A stretch of DNA of 64,000 nt from Octopus sinensis (Eukaryota), in the NCBI RefSeq assembly GCF_006345805.1, contig NC_043006.1:84940001-85004000 (forward strand). Reading direction: 5' to 3'. The notes beneath the pieces were generated by a model that was given only the letters and a program-made list of their open reading frames with translations, did no database searches and was not told the DNA's origin. How positions within the stretch are numbered: position 1 is the first letter of the stretch; every line of letters starts with the position of its first letter. Shown piece by piece: positions 1-11,530 of this stretch. Both the position numbers and the translations under genes were made by a program.

Positions 1-544
1 CATCTGAGATTTGAGATCACAGGTGGCTTAGTTTTTAGTTTATCTTCTATTGTAATTCTGTTCGCAGCTGGAGTGCATTATAAGCGATATAAAGCAACCT
101 CGGTACTTGACTAGTACATTATTTTACCGACCCTTGGAAGAATGGAAAGCAAAGACCTCAGCAGATTTGAACTCAGAAATAAAAGGCCGCTTTCTAAATA
201 CTGGAGGCATTTTATTCGACGCTCAAACGGCTATGCCAACCGATCGGTTAGCGGACAACCGACCCAATAGGTCAGAAGTTTGTACATTAACAATAGCATT
301 TTGTCGTTTCCGGGATCTGCACATTTGCGTCCCAGTTCAGTTCACCTGGCTGTAAAGAGATATTGCTGGGCAGGAACAGCTCTGCACTATAACAAACAGT
401 CAAATGGTCTTAGGGTTACCACTGATATTTAATGTGTGTGTGCATATAAGAAATTATATGAACGACAAGGGAATAAGAAATTATGTAACGAGCCTTCACT
501 GGCTTAGTTGTTTCTGTTATAAGATGCAATGCACATGCTTCGAA

Positions 545-855
545 GATGAAGCACCTAGGAAGTTATCCTCCGAGGCACAAGTCAGGGCAAGGTTGTTTGT
601 GGAAGGCTAGCAGTCGCCCATGCATACCGGCCTCCCCTCTCCACACCACTGATATTATCCAAGGGAAAAAGCAAAGGGGCCGATACAGCTTGGCACCAGT
701 GATTTTGCAACTCATTTCTACAGCTGAGTTAACTGGAGCAACGTGAAATAAAGTGTCTTGCTCAAGAACACAACACGCAGCCCGGTCCGGGAATCGAACT
801 CACAAGCTCACGATCGTAAGTTCTACGCTCTAATCACTGAACCATGCGCCTTCAC
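545..855 (-). mobile_element. tRNA-derived SINE, family D (label local to this report)
   Basis: Minus strand head has A-box-like TGGTTCAGTGA and B-box GAGTTCGATTCC; related copies at 7715-7882, 28510-28830, 57470-57660 and 58280-58640. Confidence 0.8.
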
Positions 856-1277
856 TTATTTCAACAGAAATAAGCTAACAAAAGGGTTAAAGAAATCTAA
901 ATTAAAACTTTCCATTAAAACTTCATATCAATTTCTGTTTCGATTACAAACTTAATTGTGACAAAGTTATTTCACGTAATACTTCATTAATTTCAAAATT
1001 AATTGAACAACAGATAATATATTTCAATGGAAACAGGATTACTAAAGGGTCAAAAGAATCTAAATTAAAGCTCTACTCATAACATCATATAAATTTATGT
1101 TTCGAACACCAGCTTAATAATCCTTTCTACTATAAGCACAAGGCTTGAAATTTTGAGGGGAGGGTACTAGTCGACTACATCAACCTCAGTGCTTCACTGG
1201 TACTAATCTTTATCGATCTCGAAAGGATGAATGACTAAGTCGACTTTGGTGGAACACTAGCTTAATAATGATAAGTC

Positions 1278-1615
1278 TCTTTTTACTTGTTTCAGTCATT
1301 TGACTGCGACCATGCTGGAGCACCACCTTTAGTCGAGCAAATCGACCCCAGGACTTATTCTTTGGAAGCCTAGTGCTTATTCTATCGGTCTCTTTTGCCG
1401 AACCGCTAAGTTACAGGGACGTAAACACACCACCATCGGTTGTCAAGCAATGTTGGTGGGACAAACACAGACATATACATATATAAACATATATACAACG
1501 GGCTTCTTTCAGTTTCTGTCTACCAAATCCACTCACAAGGCTTTAGTCGGCCCGAGGCTATAGTAGAAGACACTTGCCCAAGTTGCCACGCAGTGGGACT
1601 AAACCCAGTACCGTG
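1278..1615 (-). mobile_element. tRNA-derived SINE with CORE-like segment, family A (head truncated)
   Basis: Shares CACCTTGGGCAAGTGTCTT and the 3' end ATGACTGAAACAAGTAAAA with about 25 other copies or fragments in the window. Confidence 0.85.
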
Positions 1616-1635
1616 TTCATTCTAAATTATCTTTT

Positions 1636-2225
1636 TCTCTTTTACTTGTTTCAGTCATTAGACTGCGGGCATGTTTGAGCACTGCCTTGAAGAACTTTAG
1701 TGGAACAAATCGATCCCAATTCGGTTTTTTTTTTTCTTTCTTTATGTTGGTACTTATTCTACTAGTTTTGCCGTACTGCCAAGTTAAGGGGAGGGGTAAA
1801 CACACCAACTACAGTTGTCAAGTGGTGGTAGGGAACAAACACACACACATATAGATAGATAAATTTATACGGCGGGGGTGTTGAAAAGTTCCTAACTTTG
1901 AGTAAAAGAAGATACAGGAGGATCACTTAATTATGATTTTATTCAACGTATTCCCCTCTCAGTTTTTTCTAAGTCTTGTAAAAGAATTTGGAAGGTTGGG
2001 CCTCCAAGCAGGCCTTCCGCGGTACCCTTAAATCTAGGAACTTTCCAGCACCCCCTCGTACACGACGGGCTTCTTTCGGTTTCTGTATACCAAATCCACT
2101 CACAAGGATTTGATCGACCTAAGGCTATAGTATAAGACAGTTACCGAAAAGGCCACGCAGTGGAGCCGAACCCGGAACCATGTGGTTTGGAAGCAAGCTT
2201 CTTACCACACAACCACGCCTGCGCC
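1636..2225 (-). mobile_element. Family A SINE, full length, interrupted by a mariner MITE
   Basis: Head (GGCGCAGGCGTGGTTGTGTGGTAAG on minus) at 2225, tail at 1636; 189-bp insert in the central TA/CA tract. Confidence 0.85.
1870..2058. mobile_element. Mariner-type MITE
   Basis: Inverted ends CGGCGGGGGTGTTGAAAAGTTCCTA / TAGGAACTTTCCAGCACCCCCTCG, flanked by TA at 1868-69 and 2059-60. Confidence 0.85.
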
Positions 2226-2804
2226 TAAATTGTTCATTATTTTCAAAATTAATTGAAGGAAAGGCAATATATTTCAAGAGAAATATCGGTAAGAAAAAGG
2301 ATTAAAAGAAAGGAATGTTTGCCAATGGTAAATATTTGACAGTATTTGAACAGAAATCTTACATGTTAACAAAACGCCTATCATTAAGATTTAGTTTTCG
2401 CTGCGACAGGAGTGAACTAAACTCTCCTTTCATATGGTACCTTTGACAGGTCGATCGGCCGGGGGTCACCGAAGATTAAGTATCTTTGTCAGTGGAGGAA
2501 ATGGCAAAGCAGCACCGAAATATGGACTCATCAATCTTCCTACGAGGCTTTAAGCTAACACAATTGTTATTTAGTCTTTGCAAATTCAATTTCAGGAAGT
2601 TCACGTAACTTGCAAGAGGTGATAAATGACGATATATTTATTAGGCGTTGAGCCAAATTTCGATGTTGGGTATGGGGTGGGGTAGCGATGGTGATGGGGG
2701 TGGGGTGGGGGCGATATTAGAAGTCGATAGAATTGATCTCGATATCTTACTCGGATTTATTTTATCATCTAACAGAAACGATAAAAGACGACAAAGACAA
2801 CACT

Positions 2805-2809
2805 GATGA

Positions 2810-2843
<34 letters not shown>

Positions 2844-3140
2844 GGTGATGATGATGATGATGATGATGATGACGACGACGACGACGACGATGATGATGGT
2901 GATGGTGATGATGATGGCGATGGTAATGATGATGATGATGATGATGATGGTGATGGTGATGGTGATAATGATGATGATGATGATGATGACGACGACGACG
3001 ACGACGACGACATTGACCACGATGACGATGATGTTGGTGACGATGATGACGCAAAACGATGACGACAGTGACGATGATGATGATAATGACGACGACGACG
3101 ATGGTGATGGCGATGTTGGCGGTGATGGCGACGATGATAA
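2805..3140. repeat. Compound (GAT/GAC/GGT)n trinucleotide repeat
   Basis: Directly visible; source of the poly-D, poly-H and poly-S ORFs in the track. Confidence 0.95.
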
Positions 3141-3295
3141 AGATACTTAGCGGCATTTCGTCCGTCTTTACGACCTGAGTTCAAATTCCACTGGGTCTGA
3201 CTTTGCCTTTCATCTTTTCGGGGGTCGTTAAAATAACTGGGGGTCTATTATGTCGATGCAGCTCCTTTCCTTGAGCCAAAATTTGAAACCATTAT
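3140..3295 (+). mobile_element. tRNA-derived SINE, family B (degenerate)
   Basis: GAGTTCAAATTCC B box followed by GACTTTGCCTTTCATC body shared with other family B copies. Confidence 0.75.
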
Positions 3296-3296
3296 T

Positions 3297-3776
3297 GAGT
3301 GAGAGACCAGCGCATGCCATCAAAGTGATGCCGGGATACAAATATACGAAACCCGACATACCCGTCTGATAAGGGTATACCAAACACATGCATCACAACC
3401 ATATGTGCACGACATGGTGATCTCATATCAAGATAAACAGCGTATGACCTCGCAGGTGGGGCCCAGTTAGAATTTTCTTCAGGTCGAGTAGATCATCTCG
3501 CTCACAATGTCCCTGAATAAGGGTTGTTGAAGGATGATGAACGTAGCATCCATATTTCCAGGGATGAATTATTCAAACCCCAAAGAATTCCTCCCAACAC
3601 ATGGCTATGATGCTCAACTGGTTAAGGTCAACCAACTGACAAACAAATCTGTGGTACTGAGCAGAATATTTGCTGTAGCCCATCTCTAACACCAAGACAA
3701 AACATGTACATGAGAACACTTCCAATCAGTTAAGATCAAATGTCATGAGCCAATGCTTGGTACTGAGTCAGGGCAT
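3297..3776. mobile_element. Unclassified ~500-bp interspersed element X, copy 1
   Basis: Reverse complement of 6301-6812; flanked by ATTATT on the left and (ATT)n on the right. Confidence 0.85.
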
Positions 3777-3799
3777 GTAATATTATTATTACTATTATT

Positions 3800-3846
<47 letters not shown>

Positions 3847-3875
3847 TATTCATTGTTGTTATTATTATTTTATAT

Positions 3876-4250
3876 ATTTCTTTACTACCCACAAGGGGCT
3901 AAACACAGAGGGGACAAACAAGGACGGACAAACGGATTAAGTTGAATACATCGACCCCAGTGCGCAACTGGTACTTAATTTATCGACCCCGAGAGGATGA
4001 AAGGCAAAGTCGACCTCGGCGGAATTTGAACTGGGAACGTAGCGACAGACGAAATAGGGCTACGCATTTCGCCCGGCGTAGCCGTATTTCTTCTGTCGCT
4101 ACGTTCCGAGTTCAAATTCCGCCGAGGTCGACTTTGCCTTTCATCCTTTCGGGTTCGATAAAATAAGTATCAATTTGAACCCTGGGGGTCGATGTAATCG
4201 ACTCATCTCCTCCCCCAAATTGCTGTCCTTGTGTCAAAATTTGAAACCAT
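3876..4250. mobile_element. Head-to-head pair of family B SINEs
   Basis: Minus copy about 3876-4075 joined to plus copy about 4076-4250; the arms are complementary. Confidence 0.85.
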
Positions 4251-4448
4251 TATTATGATGATGATGATTTATTTATTTATTTATTGAAAGTAGAAAAGGA
4301 TTTCCTTTTTAGAAACAATTGCAACTCTGCTGCATTCATGTGAGACGCCATTAGCCCCGATCTTGCTTCTCTTTCTCCTTCTCCAGACACTGGCAGCTGT
4401 GAGCCTGTCACGCAGCATGAAAAGAAACAATTCTTTCCTGCAGCTGTT

Positions 4449-4700
4449 GGGTGGTGGTGGTGGTGGTGGTGGTGGTGGTGGCGGCGGCGGCGGTGGCGGT
4501 GTTAGTGGTGGTGAAGATGGCGGCGGGAGTGGTGGAGTTGGTGGCAGCGATGAAGTGACGGTCGTACTTGTGGTGGTAGTGGTGGTGGTAGTGATGTGGT
4601 GGTACTGTTGGCGGCGGTGGGGTTGGTTGTGTCGGCGGTGAAGTGACGGTCGTCATGCTAGAGGCGATGGTGGTGGTGGTGGTGGTGGTGGTGGAGGTGA
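4449..4700. repeat. (GGT/GGC)n-rich low-complexity repeat
   Basis: Directly visible. Confidence 0.9.
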
Positions 4701-5363
4701 TACTGGATATTTTTTCATGTGTGTGTGTGTGTGTGTGTGTGTGAGTATATGTGTGAGTGTGTGATTCTTAAAAGTGGTTTCTTAAGATATAATTGTTATT
4801 GCCGTCGTTGTTGATAATAACAATGATGATGATGATGATGTTCTTGTTGTTTATTTTTTAAATAATTCCGTTACACTTTCTGGCGCGTTAAACAGTTGTT
4901 TAAAAAGAAATATTTCAAACAATTTTTTTTAGATTTTTATTTTAGATTTATTTTAGCAATTCAACTGATCTCTGAATGAACAATGATATTAAATCACCCC
5001 AAATTTGACCATCCAATCTGGTTTTCAGATGCTGTATGTATGTATTTTTTTATTTTTTCAGCCGTGTTATATAATACATCGTCTGGAGAGATTGTCTGCC
5101 CCCAAAGATGGAGAAAATGACGTCGTAACGAGTGATCGCCTACAACGACCTTTTACACGTGACAACGCAGACGATTTCGATCTCTCTCTGCCTTTCTCTC
5201 TCTTTCTCCCTTTCTCTCACCTCGTGTATAACAGCATCTGATGGACTGGTCGATACTGTGATGTACATATATATACGTATTATTTTACTTGTTTCAGTCA
5301 TTTGACTGCGACCATGCTGGAGCACCGCCTTGAGTCAAATGACTGAAACAAGTAAAAGAATAC

Positions 5364-5416
<53 letters not shown>

Positions 5417-5428
5417 AATAAAAGAATA

Positions 5429-5469
<41 letters not shown>

Positions 5470-5470
<1 letters not shown>

Positions 5471-5673
5471 CGGAGATGTACTTGCATAGCGAGTGACTTG
5501 ATCTGAGATCGTGTGCTGGAACGAAAACAATTGCAGCGTGGAAGGTGTTTATAAGCCATTTAAGAAACACACAAAAACCGTTAGATTCACTTCAATATTT
5601 AAATTTAATTTGTCAAAATATTTTCGTCGCTTTGAGACCGCGACCTGTTCACTGACAAAACTTCGTGCTGCAT
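5470..5673. repeat. Interspersed repeat F
   Basis: Reverse complement of 56936-57080, which lies inside the piggyBac-type MITE. Confidence 0.8.
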
Positions 5674-6236
5674 CGTGCTTGTAAATCCCATGATAAGTGG
5701 TACAGGCACCACCCAGAGGATGTAGTAAGTGGCGAGGGCTTCACCATCCTTTGGAACTTCCCAATATACACAGGAAAAATTGATTCCAATCTACCAGACT
5801 ACAAGGACTACAACATGCAACAGAGGAACTTGTCTGTTAATGGATACGTCTGTCCCACACGATCAAAATGTCTTAAGAAAGGATTACAAAAGGATTTCTC
5901 ATTATAAAGATCTACAAATTGAAATCACAAAAATGTGGAAGCTTAGTACTACGATAGTACCAGTAGTAATTGGTGCGTTGGGAATGAAAAAAGAAGGGAG
6001 CTGAGAAGTATATTAAGTAACTCCCTGGTAACTCCAATCTCCGTGAACTACAAGAGATAACCTTGATGGATACAGCCCGTATACTAGGGAAAGAACTCTC
6101 CATCTAAAATGGAATAAATGTGGGGATAATTTTAGCAGGCATAGCAAAACAAAAGTGCCCTTGCTACTCTTCGCTTCCGGGGGATGTCCGGTACTAAGGC
6201 AGTTGAAATAAAGATAATGAAAGGAAACCATAAATG
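5674..6236 (+). mobile_element. 3' end of an RLE-type non-LTR retrotransposon (R4/Dong-like), frameshifted
   Basis: Frames give KWYRHHPEDVV..ILWNFPIY..NLPD and LLMDTSVPHDQN..YKDLQIEITKMWKLSTTIVPVVIGALG, then TARIL, stop at 6105-6107, a short 3' UTR and (TAA)n. This matches the restriction-like endonuclease C-terminus of R4-type elements. Confidence 0.8.

Positions 6237-6237
<1 letters not shown>

Positions 6238-6300
<63 letters not shown>
6238..6300. repeat. (TAA)n microsatellite
   Basis: Directly visible; a second (AAT)n array lies at 6813-6898. Confidence 0.95.
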
Positions 6301-6302
<2 letters not shown>

Positions 6303-6812
6303 GCCCTGATCTGGAAGTTTTATCAAGTACATGTTTTGCCTTGGTATAAAAGATAGGCTACAGCAAATATTCTGCTCAATACTACAGATTTGCTTGTCAG
6401 TTGCTTGACCATAACCAGTTGGGAATGTCCCTTGGTGGCTGACGATATGTGCATCTCTGATCATGAGCAGAAGTAGTGGGGGAGCATCATAGCCATGTGT
6501 TGAGAGGGATTGTTTGGGGTTTGAATAAGTCACTTCTGGAAACATGGGTGTTTCGTTCAACATCTTTAAACAACCCTTATTCAGGGACTTCTTGAGCGGG
6601 ATAGGTTACTCGACCAGAAGAAAATTCTAACTGGGCCCCACCTGCAAGGTCATGTAGTAGTTATTTTGACATGAGATCACCATGTCACGCATATATGGTT
6701 GTGATGCATGTGCCTAGTGTACCCTTATCAGACGAGTAATCATGATGGGTATAATAGGCTTCGTATATTTTACCTCAGTGTCACTTTTATGGCATGCACT
6801 GCTCTCTCACTC
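6301..6812. mobile_element. Element X, copy 2 (opposite orientation)
   Basis: Reverse complement of 3297-3776; flanked on both sides by long (TAA)n arrays. Confidence 0.85.
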
Positions 6813-6828
6813 AATAATAATAATAATG

Positions 6829-6900
<72 letters not shown>

Positions 6901-6939
6901 GTAATTGAAGCATAAGGTATGGATGTGTTATGAAGTTTC

Positions 6940-7045
6940 ACGGCATAACTCGTTGGACAAGTGTTTTCTGTTATAGTCTCAGACTGACCAATGCCTTGTG
7001 AGTGTATATGGTGAACAGAGACTGTGTAGAAGACCGACGTACATG

Positions 7046-7076
<31 letters not shown>

Positions 7077-7215
7077 TGTGTGTGTGTGTGTTCATCATTG
7101 TGTTTGATTATATTCCGACCACCGCTTGAAAGCCGGTTTTGGTTTGTTTACTTCATCGTAACTTAACGGTTTTGGCAAAAGAAAACCGATAGAATAAGTA
7201 CCACACTATAAAAGA
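6940..7215 (+). mobile_element. Family A SINE, 5'-truncated and degenerate
   Basis: GGACAAGTGTTTTCTGTTATAG..CCTTGTGAGTG..(TG)n..CGATAGAATAAGTA. Confidence 0.7.
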
Positions 7216-7879
7216 ATATATATATACTGAGGTTAGATATGTTCGACTTCACACTTCATGGTGGGGTCCCACTCAGCATGGCCGCACGCAGTAAATTGAC
7301 TAAAACAAGTAAAAAAACAAATAAAAGTCAAAAGCTAAAAAAACAGAAAATCAAATGGGATGGCCAACTTTGGAATGCCTTTAGATATAGAATATTCTCA
7401 TGTATAATAATCAATTTTTGAGAATCCCCTGTGAATTCGGCTTTAAATTCCAATTTCTAAATGGTATCATAGTTTAGTATTATACTATTTCAAATAAGCG
7501 ATGTTTGGTTATACGATCAATAAACGTCAAACTAGAAATGTATAAATAGCGAACGTATAAATGTTTTAGTACAAACCTATTAATCTATTTATATTTTTTA
7601 CTCACGCTATAGTACAAACGCTTTAATCTGAACAGATACATGTTCGCTGAATGGGACTTTCTAATACGTGTGAATGCGTAATATTGAGTGTTGCTGAGAT
7701 CCCCTTCGATCATGACTGATCGTGGGATTGTACCTAGAAAGTTACCCTCCCAGGCACAAGTTCGGGCAAGGTTGTTTATGGAAGACCAGCAGTCGCCCAT
7801 ACATACCATACCACCAGTGTTATCCAAGGGAAAGGCAAAGGGCCCGATACAGCTTGGCACCAGTGACGTCGCAACTCAT

Positions 7880-8762
7880 TTCAGATAGGGACCGTCGGAC
7901 TCTTACGCGAACTGTTTGAAGGGATTACAAAAGTACAGCTCCCAAAATTACTGCAGAGCTTAATGACCACCTCGAGAACCCAGTTTCCACAAGAGCATTT
8001 CACCGGGAGCTGCACAAATCCGGATTTCACGGGAGGGCTGCAATCAGAAAACCACTACTTTCAAAAACAAACGTTGCCAAGCGTTTAGAGTGGAGTAAAA
8101 ACCTACAGAATTGGTCCCTAGAGCAGTGGAAGAATGTTATTTTCTCAGATGAGTCATCTTTTACCTTATTTCCGAGCACCGGCCGAGTATACGTGTGGAG
8201 ACAACTAAAAGAAGTAGACTTCCTTCTTCCAACTGTTAAACATGGAGGAGGATCTGTGATGATCTGGGGGACTATATCTTGGAAATCCGCCGGTTCAATG
8301 GTTTTCCTTCGTGGCAGAATTAATAGTCAAGTCTATTTAAGCATTTTATCTGATCAAATTCATCCTATGTTTGCGGGACAGTTTCTGGAGAGAAATGCAA
8401 TCTTTCAAGATGATAATGCACCAATTCACACGGCTAAAGTTGTTACTGAATGGCACGAAGAACATTCTAGTGAAGTTGAACATCTTACTTGGCCACCACA
8501 GTCCCAAGATCTTAATATTATTAAAATGGTGCATTTTAGAAAAACAAGTAAGGAGTCAATATCCTCCACCATCATCACTACGAGAACTAGAGACTGTTTT
8601 AGCTGAGGAATAGATAAAAATTCCTTTGGAATTAATTCAAACTTTGTACGAGTCCATACCTCGTAGAATTCAAGTTCTAATTACTGCCAAAGGCGGTCCT
8701 ACCCCATATTAGAATAAATGTTTGAAATTTTAAGGCGTTTCCATTATTTTGTCCAACCCCTG
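7880..8762 (+). mobile_element. Tc1-superfamily transposon remnant (DD36E spacing), left end missing
   Basis: Translates to RKPLLSKTNVAKRLEW..IFSDES..VKHGGGSVMIWG..FQDDNAPIH..WPPQSQDLNIIK, a frameshift, then ..AKGGPTPY with stop 8710-8712. Right TIR GTTTCCATTATTTTGTCCAACCCCTG is followed by TA. Confidence 0.92.
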
Positions 8763-8836
<74 letters not shown>

Positions 8837-8912
8837 GTTTGTGTGTGTGTGTGTGTGCGTGTGTGTGCGTGTGTGTGCGTGTGTGTGCGTGTGTGTGCGT
8901 GTGTGTGTGTAT
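8763..8912. repeat. (TA)n(TG)n compound microsatellite
   Basis: Directly visible; (TATG)n arrays follow at 9180-9405. Confidence 0.95.
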
Positions 8913-9338
8913 AGTTACGTTTCGGGATGGTACTTTTTAAAAAAGAATTTTCTTGCGAAATAAACACACGCACTACATATTCGTCTTGACTTGTTTATTA
9001 TTGTTCTTATTTTATCTTATGCCCTTTGACAGGAAATATTTCGTCACACACCTATGACCTCTTCAGTGACTCTTCCATGCCACGTATCTCCTCCTGTTCT
9101 GTTTAATTCATTCTGTCTTAGTATGGCGTATATGTCCTTATCTGCGCATTCGTTTGCATCTGTATCTGTGTGTGTGTGTGTGTATGTATGTATTATGTAT
9201 GTATGTATGTATGTATGTATGTATGCATGTGCGTGTGTGTGTACGCGCGTCTGTTATACATGTGTGTTTTGTGTTTGTGTGTGTGTGTATGGCTGTGTAT
9301 GCGCGTGTATATATATACATGCATACATACATACATAC

Positions 9339-9369
<31 letters not shown>

Positions 9370-9870
9370 TGTATGTATGTATGAACGTATGTATGTATGT
9401 ATGTATAAACATAGGACTTGTTTCTGTTTCCAATGCTTTGGTCGGCCCAAGGTTATAGTAGAAAACACTTGCCCAAGGTAGCACGCAGTGTGACTGAACC
9501 CGGAACTGTGTGGTTGGTTAGCAGACTTCTTACCACATACCATATTTGCAACTGCCACAAGACATTTGCCCTTATAGTCTTTCATATATATTCTATCAAC
9601 AATTATGCATTTTTCAGGTCTTTAATATTTTATTTTTATCATTTTCATTCTTCCTTTCATTATTTCTATTTTTCACTCATAACGAAGCTAAATGATTTAT
9701 CTCCCTTCGTAGTCGCTCTTTAATCGACGTTTGTTGTTTTTCTTCATTCTGATGTAATTCAACATCTCTGGAGAATCATTTTTCAATTTTTTTTTTCTAA
9801 TTCGAAAATTAGCTTTACTTTACTTCGATTGCATTGTAATATTTTCAATTTAACTATCGTATATTTTTAT

Positions 9871-10373
9871 GTGCTCCAACCTTCCCTTGATGTGCTCAAG
9901 GGATGTGCTCAAGGGAAGGTTGGACAGGACCACCCGCGCCAACCTCATTAACAGTGCAGTTCTACCTGCAATGTTATATGGTAGTGAAACATGAGCTACT
10001 ACAAAGAGAGAGACTGGTAACGGCTCAAAGAGCCATGGAAAGGTCAATGCTTGGTATCTCGTAGCAAGATCATCAGAAAGAAGTCCGGCGTGAGAGATGT
10101 CATCGCAGAGTATACACGCAGCAAGTATAGATGGGCTGGACACGTCGCCCGGCTCACCGATAATCGGTGGACGCACGCAGTTGTCGAGTGGTACCCGCGT
10201 GAGCGGAAAAGACCACCCGGAAGACCTCCACGACGGTGGAGTGACGATTTCAGCAGGACGACTGGGATCACGTGGATGAGAAAGGCGCGATCCAGAGAGG
10301 AGTGGACAGCGTGCTGTGACCAGCGGTGTCAAATGGACGCCTGACGGACTGGTCGGTCGAAGTGATCAAAGTG
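9871..10373 (+). mobile_element. 5'-truncated RTE-clade LINE with target-site duplication
   Basis: LPAMLYGSET..RWAGHVARLTDNRWTHAVVEWYPRERKRPPGRPPRRWSDD; tail AAGTGATCAAAGTG; 10-bp TSD ATATTTTTAT at 9861-9870 and 10374-10383. Confidence 0.92.
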
Positions 10374-10827
10374 ATATTTTTATAGGATTATTCAACATTT
10401 TCTATATTTTATGCTCCTTAGTTCTTGTTCAGTACTTACAGTTATATACGAATATATTTTCCCAATCTATCTTTATTCCAATTATCACACAGAAGAATTT
10501 ACCAATTTAATAATATTCCTATGATGTATAGAGTTTTCCAAGTTCCATACATAACGAGTAAATTCATTTATCCTCTTTCGAGTTACACACTTTTTAATTT
10601 TTTTCGATTTAAGCTTTAAGCTTTCCAGATTAGATTAACTTACATAAATGTAGAAATATTTTGATATCAACCACCACGCTTACCGTTCAATTAGAAACCG
10701 TCGCAATTTTATAATATAAGCTAAAAATTAAACTACTTTTGATTAGCTTTTAATTAAGTATGGAGTTTAATGGTCTTACTTTCAAAATTTACTCCGTCTT
10801 AAATTTTGAGTCCATGGAATTTAAATA

Positions 10828-11323
10828 CCAAAAATCCTCGATTATAATCCGCCCTTGAGTATAATACGCAGGGGATTTTTAGGAGGCTGTACCTCTGAAA
10901 ACCTAAACCTTGTGTATAATACGCACCACTTCTCTAACTTTAGTCGTGCGTAATTAAGCCAGCAACACCTAGTCGAACAAACACTTCCACGCATGCGTAA
11001 TGCTATAATGGGAATGTAAATATATTTGCAAATTGTTTTTGTTATATGTTATTTTGTGTTCTGAATACTTTTATGTTAATAAATGTTGCTAACTGCAAGT
11101 TATGGATGATTCTTTTATGACTTCAATGCTTTCAGGCTTAGCTTAAGGTATTTTCGCGCCTAACATCACAAAATGTGTCTGAATAAACATTGCCGGACAG
11201 CAAATTGACTCGGACATTGCTTAGAAAATATTTTTCATTTTTAACCTCGTATATAGTACGCACTAGGGATTTTGACCTTTAAATTTTAGGAAAAAAGTGC
11301 GGATTATATTCGAGGGTTTACGG
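10828..11323. mobile_element. pogo/Tc2-type non-autonomous DNA transposon
   Basis: Inverted ends CCAAAAATCCTCGATTATAATCCGC / GCGGATTATATTCGAGGGTTTACGG, flanked by TA on both sides. Confidence 0.82.
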
Positions 11324-11530
11324 TAATTGAAATATGGAATTTAACAGTCTTACTTTCAAATTTTACTCCATTGCTTTCCAAAATTTCTCCTCGTTGTCTC
11401 TCACTCTCTTTTGTCTTTGCTTTTTTCCCTATGTTACCTTTTTTGTGACATATATTGGCAATTTAATAAGTTTTTATCCTCATGAGTCTTTCCCGAATTT
11501 GACTATGAATAATACACACACACACACATT

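Noticed and set aside
2641-3184. Poly-His, poly-Asp and poly-Ser ORFs of 83-171 aa
   Set aside because: Multi-frame openness is explained by the GAT/GAC/GGT repeat; no non-repetitive coding signal or splice sites.
4363-4641. ORF resembling a signal peptide + KR site + Gly-rich secreted peptide
   Set aside because: Starts at TTG, the Gly run is a (GGT)n microsatellite, and there is no recognisable homology.
5005-5241. Acceptor-like TTTTTTCAG followed by a 78-aa ORF with CRE-like and E-box motifs
   Set aside because: No recognisable domain or donor site; short motifs are expected by chance.
6700-6760. CTGATAAG and GAAA-like motifs in element X as a possible hammerhead
   Set aside because: Core mismatched and in the wrong order and spacing; the stems cannot be built.
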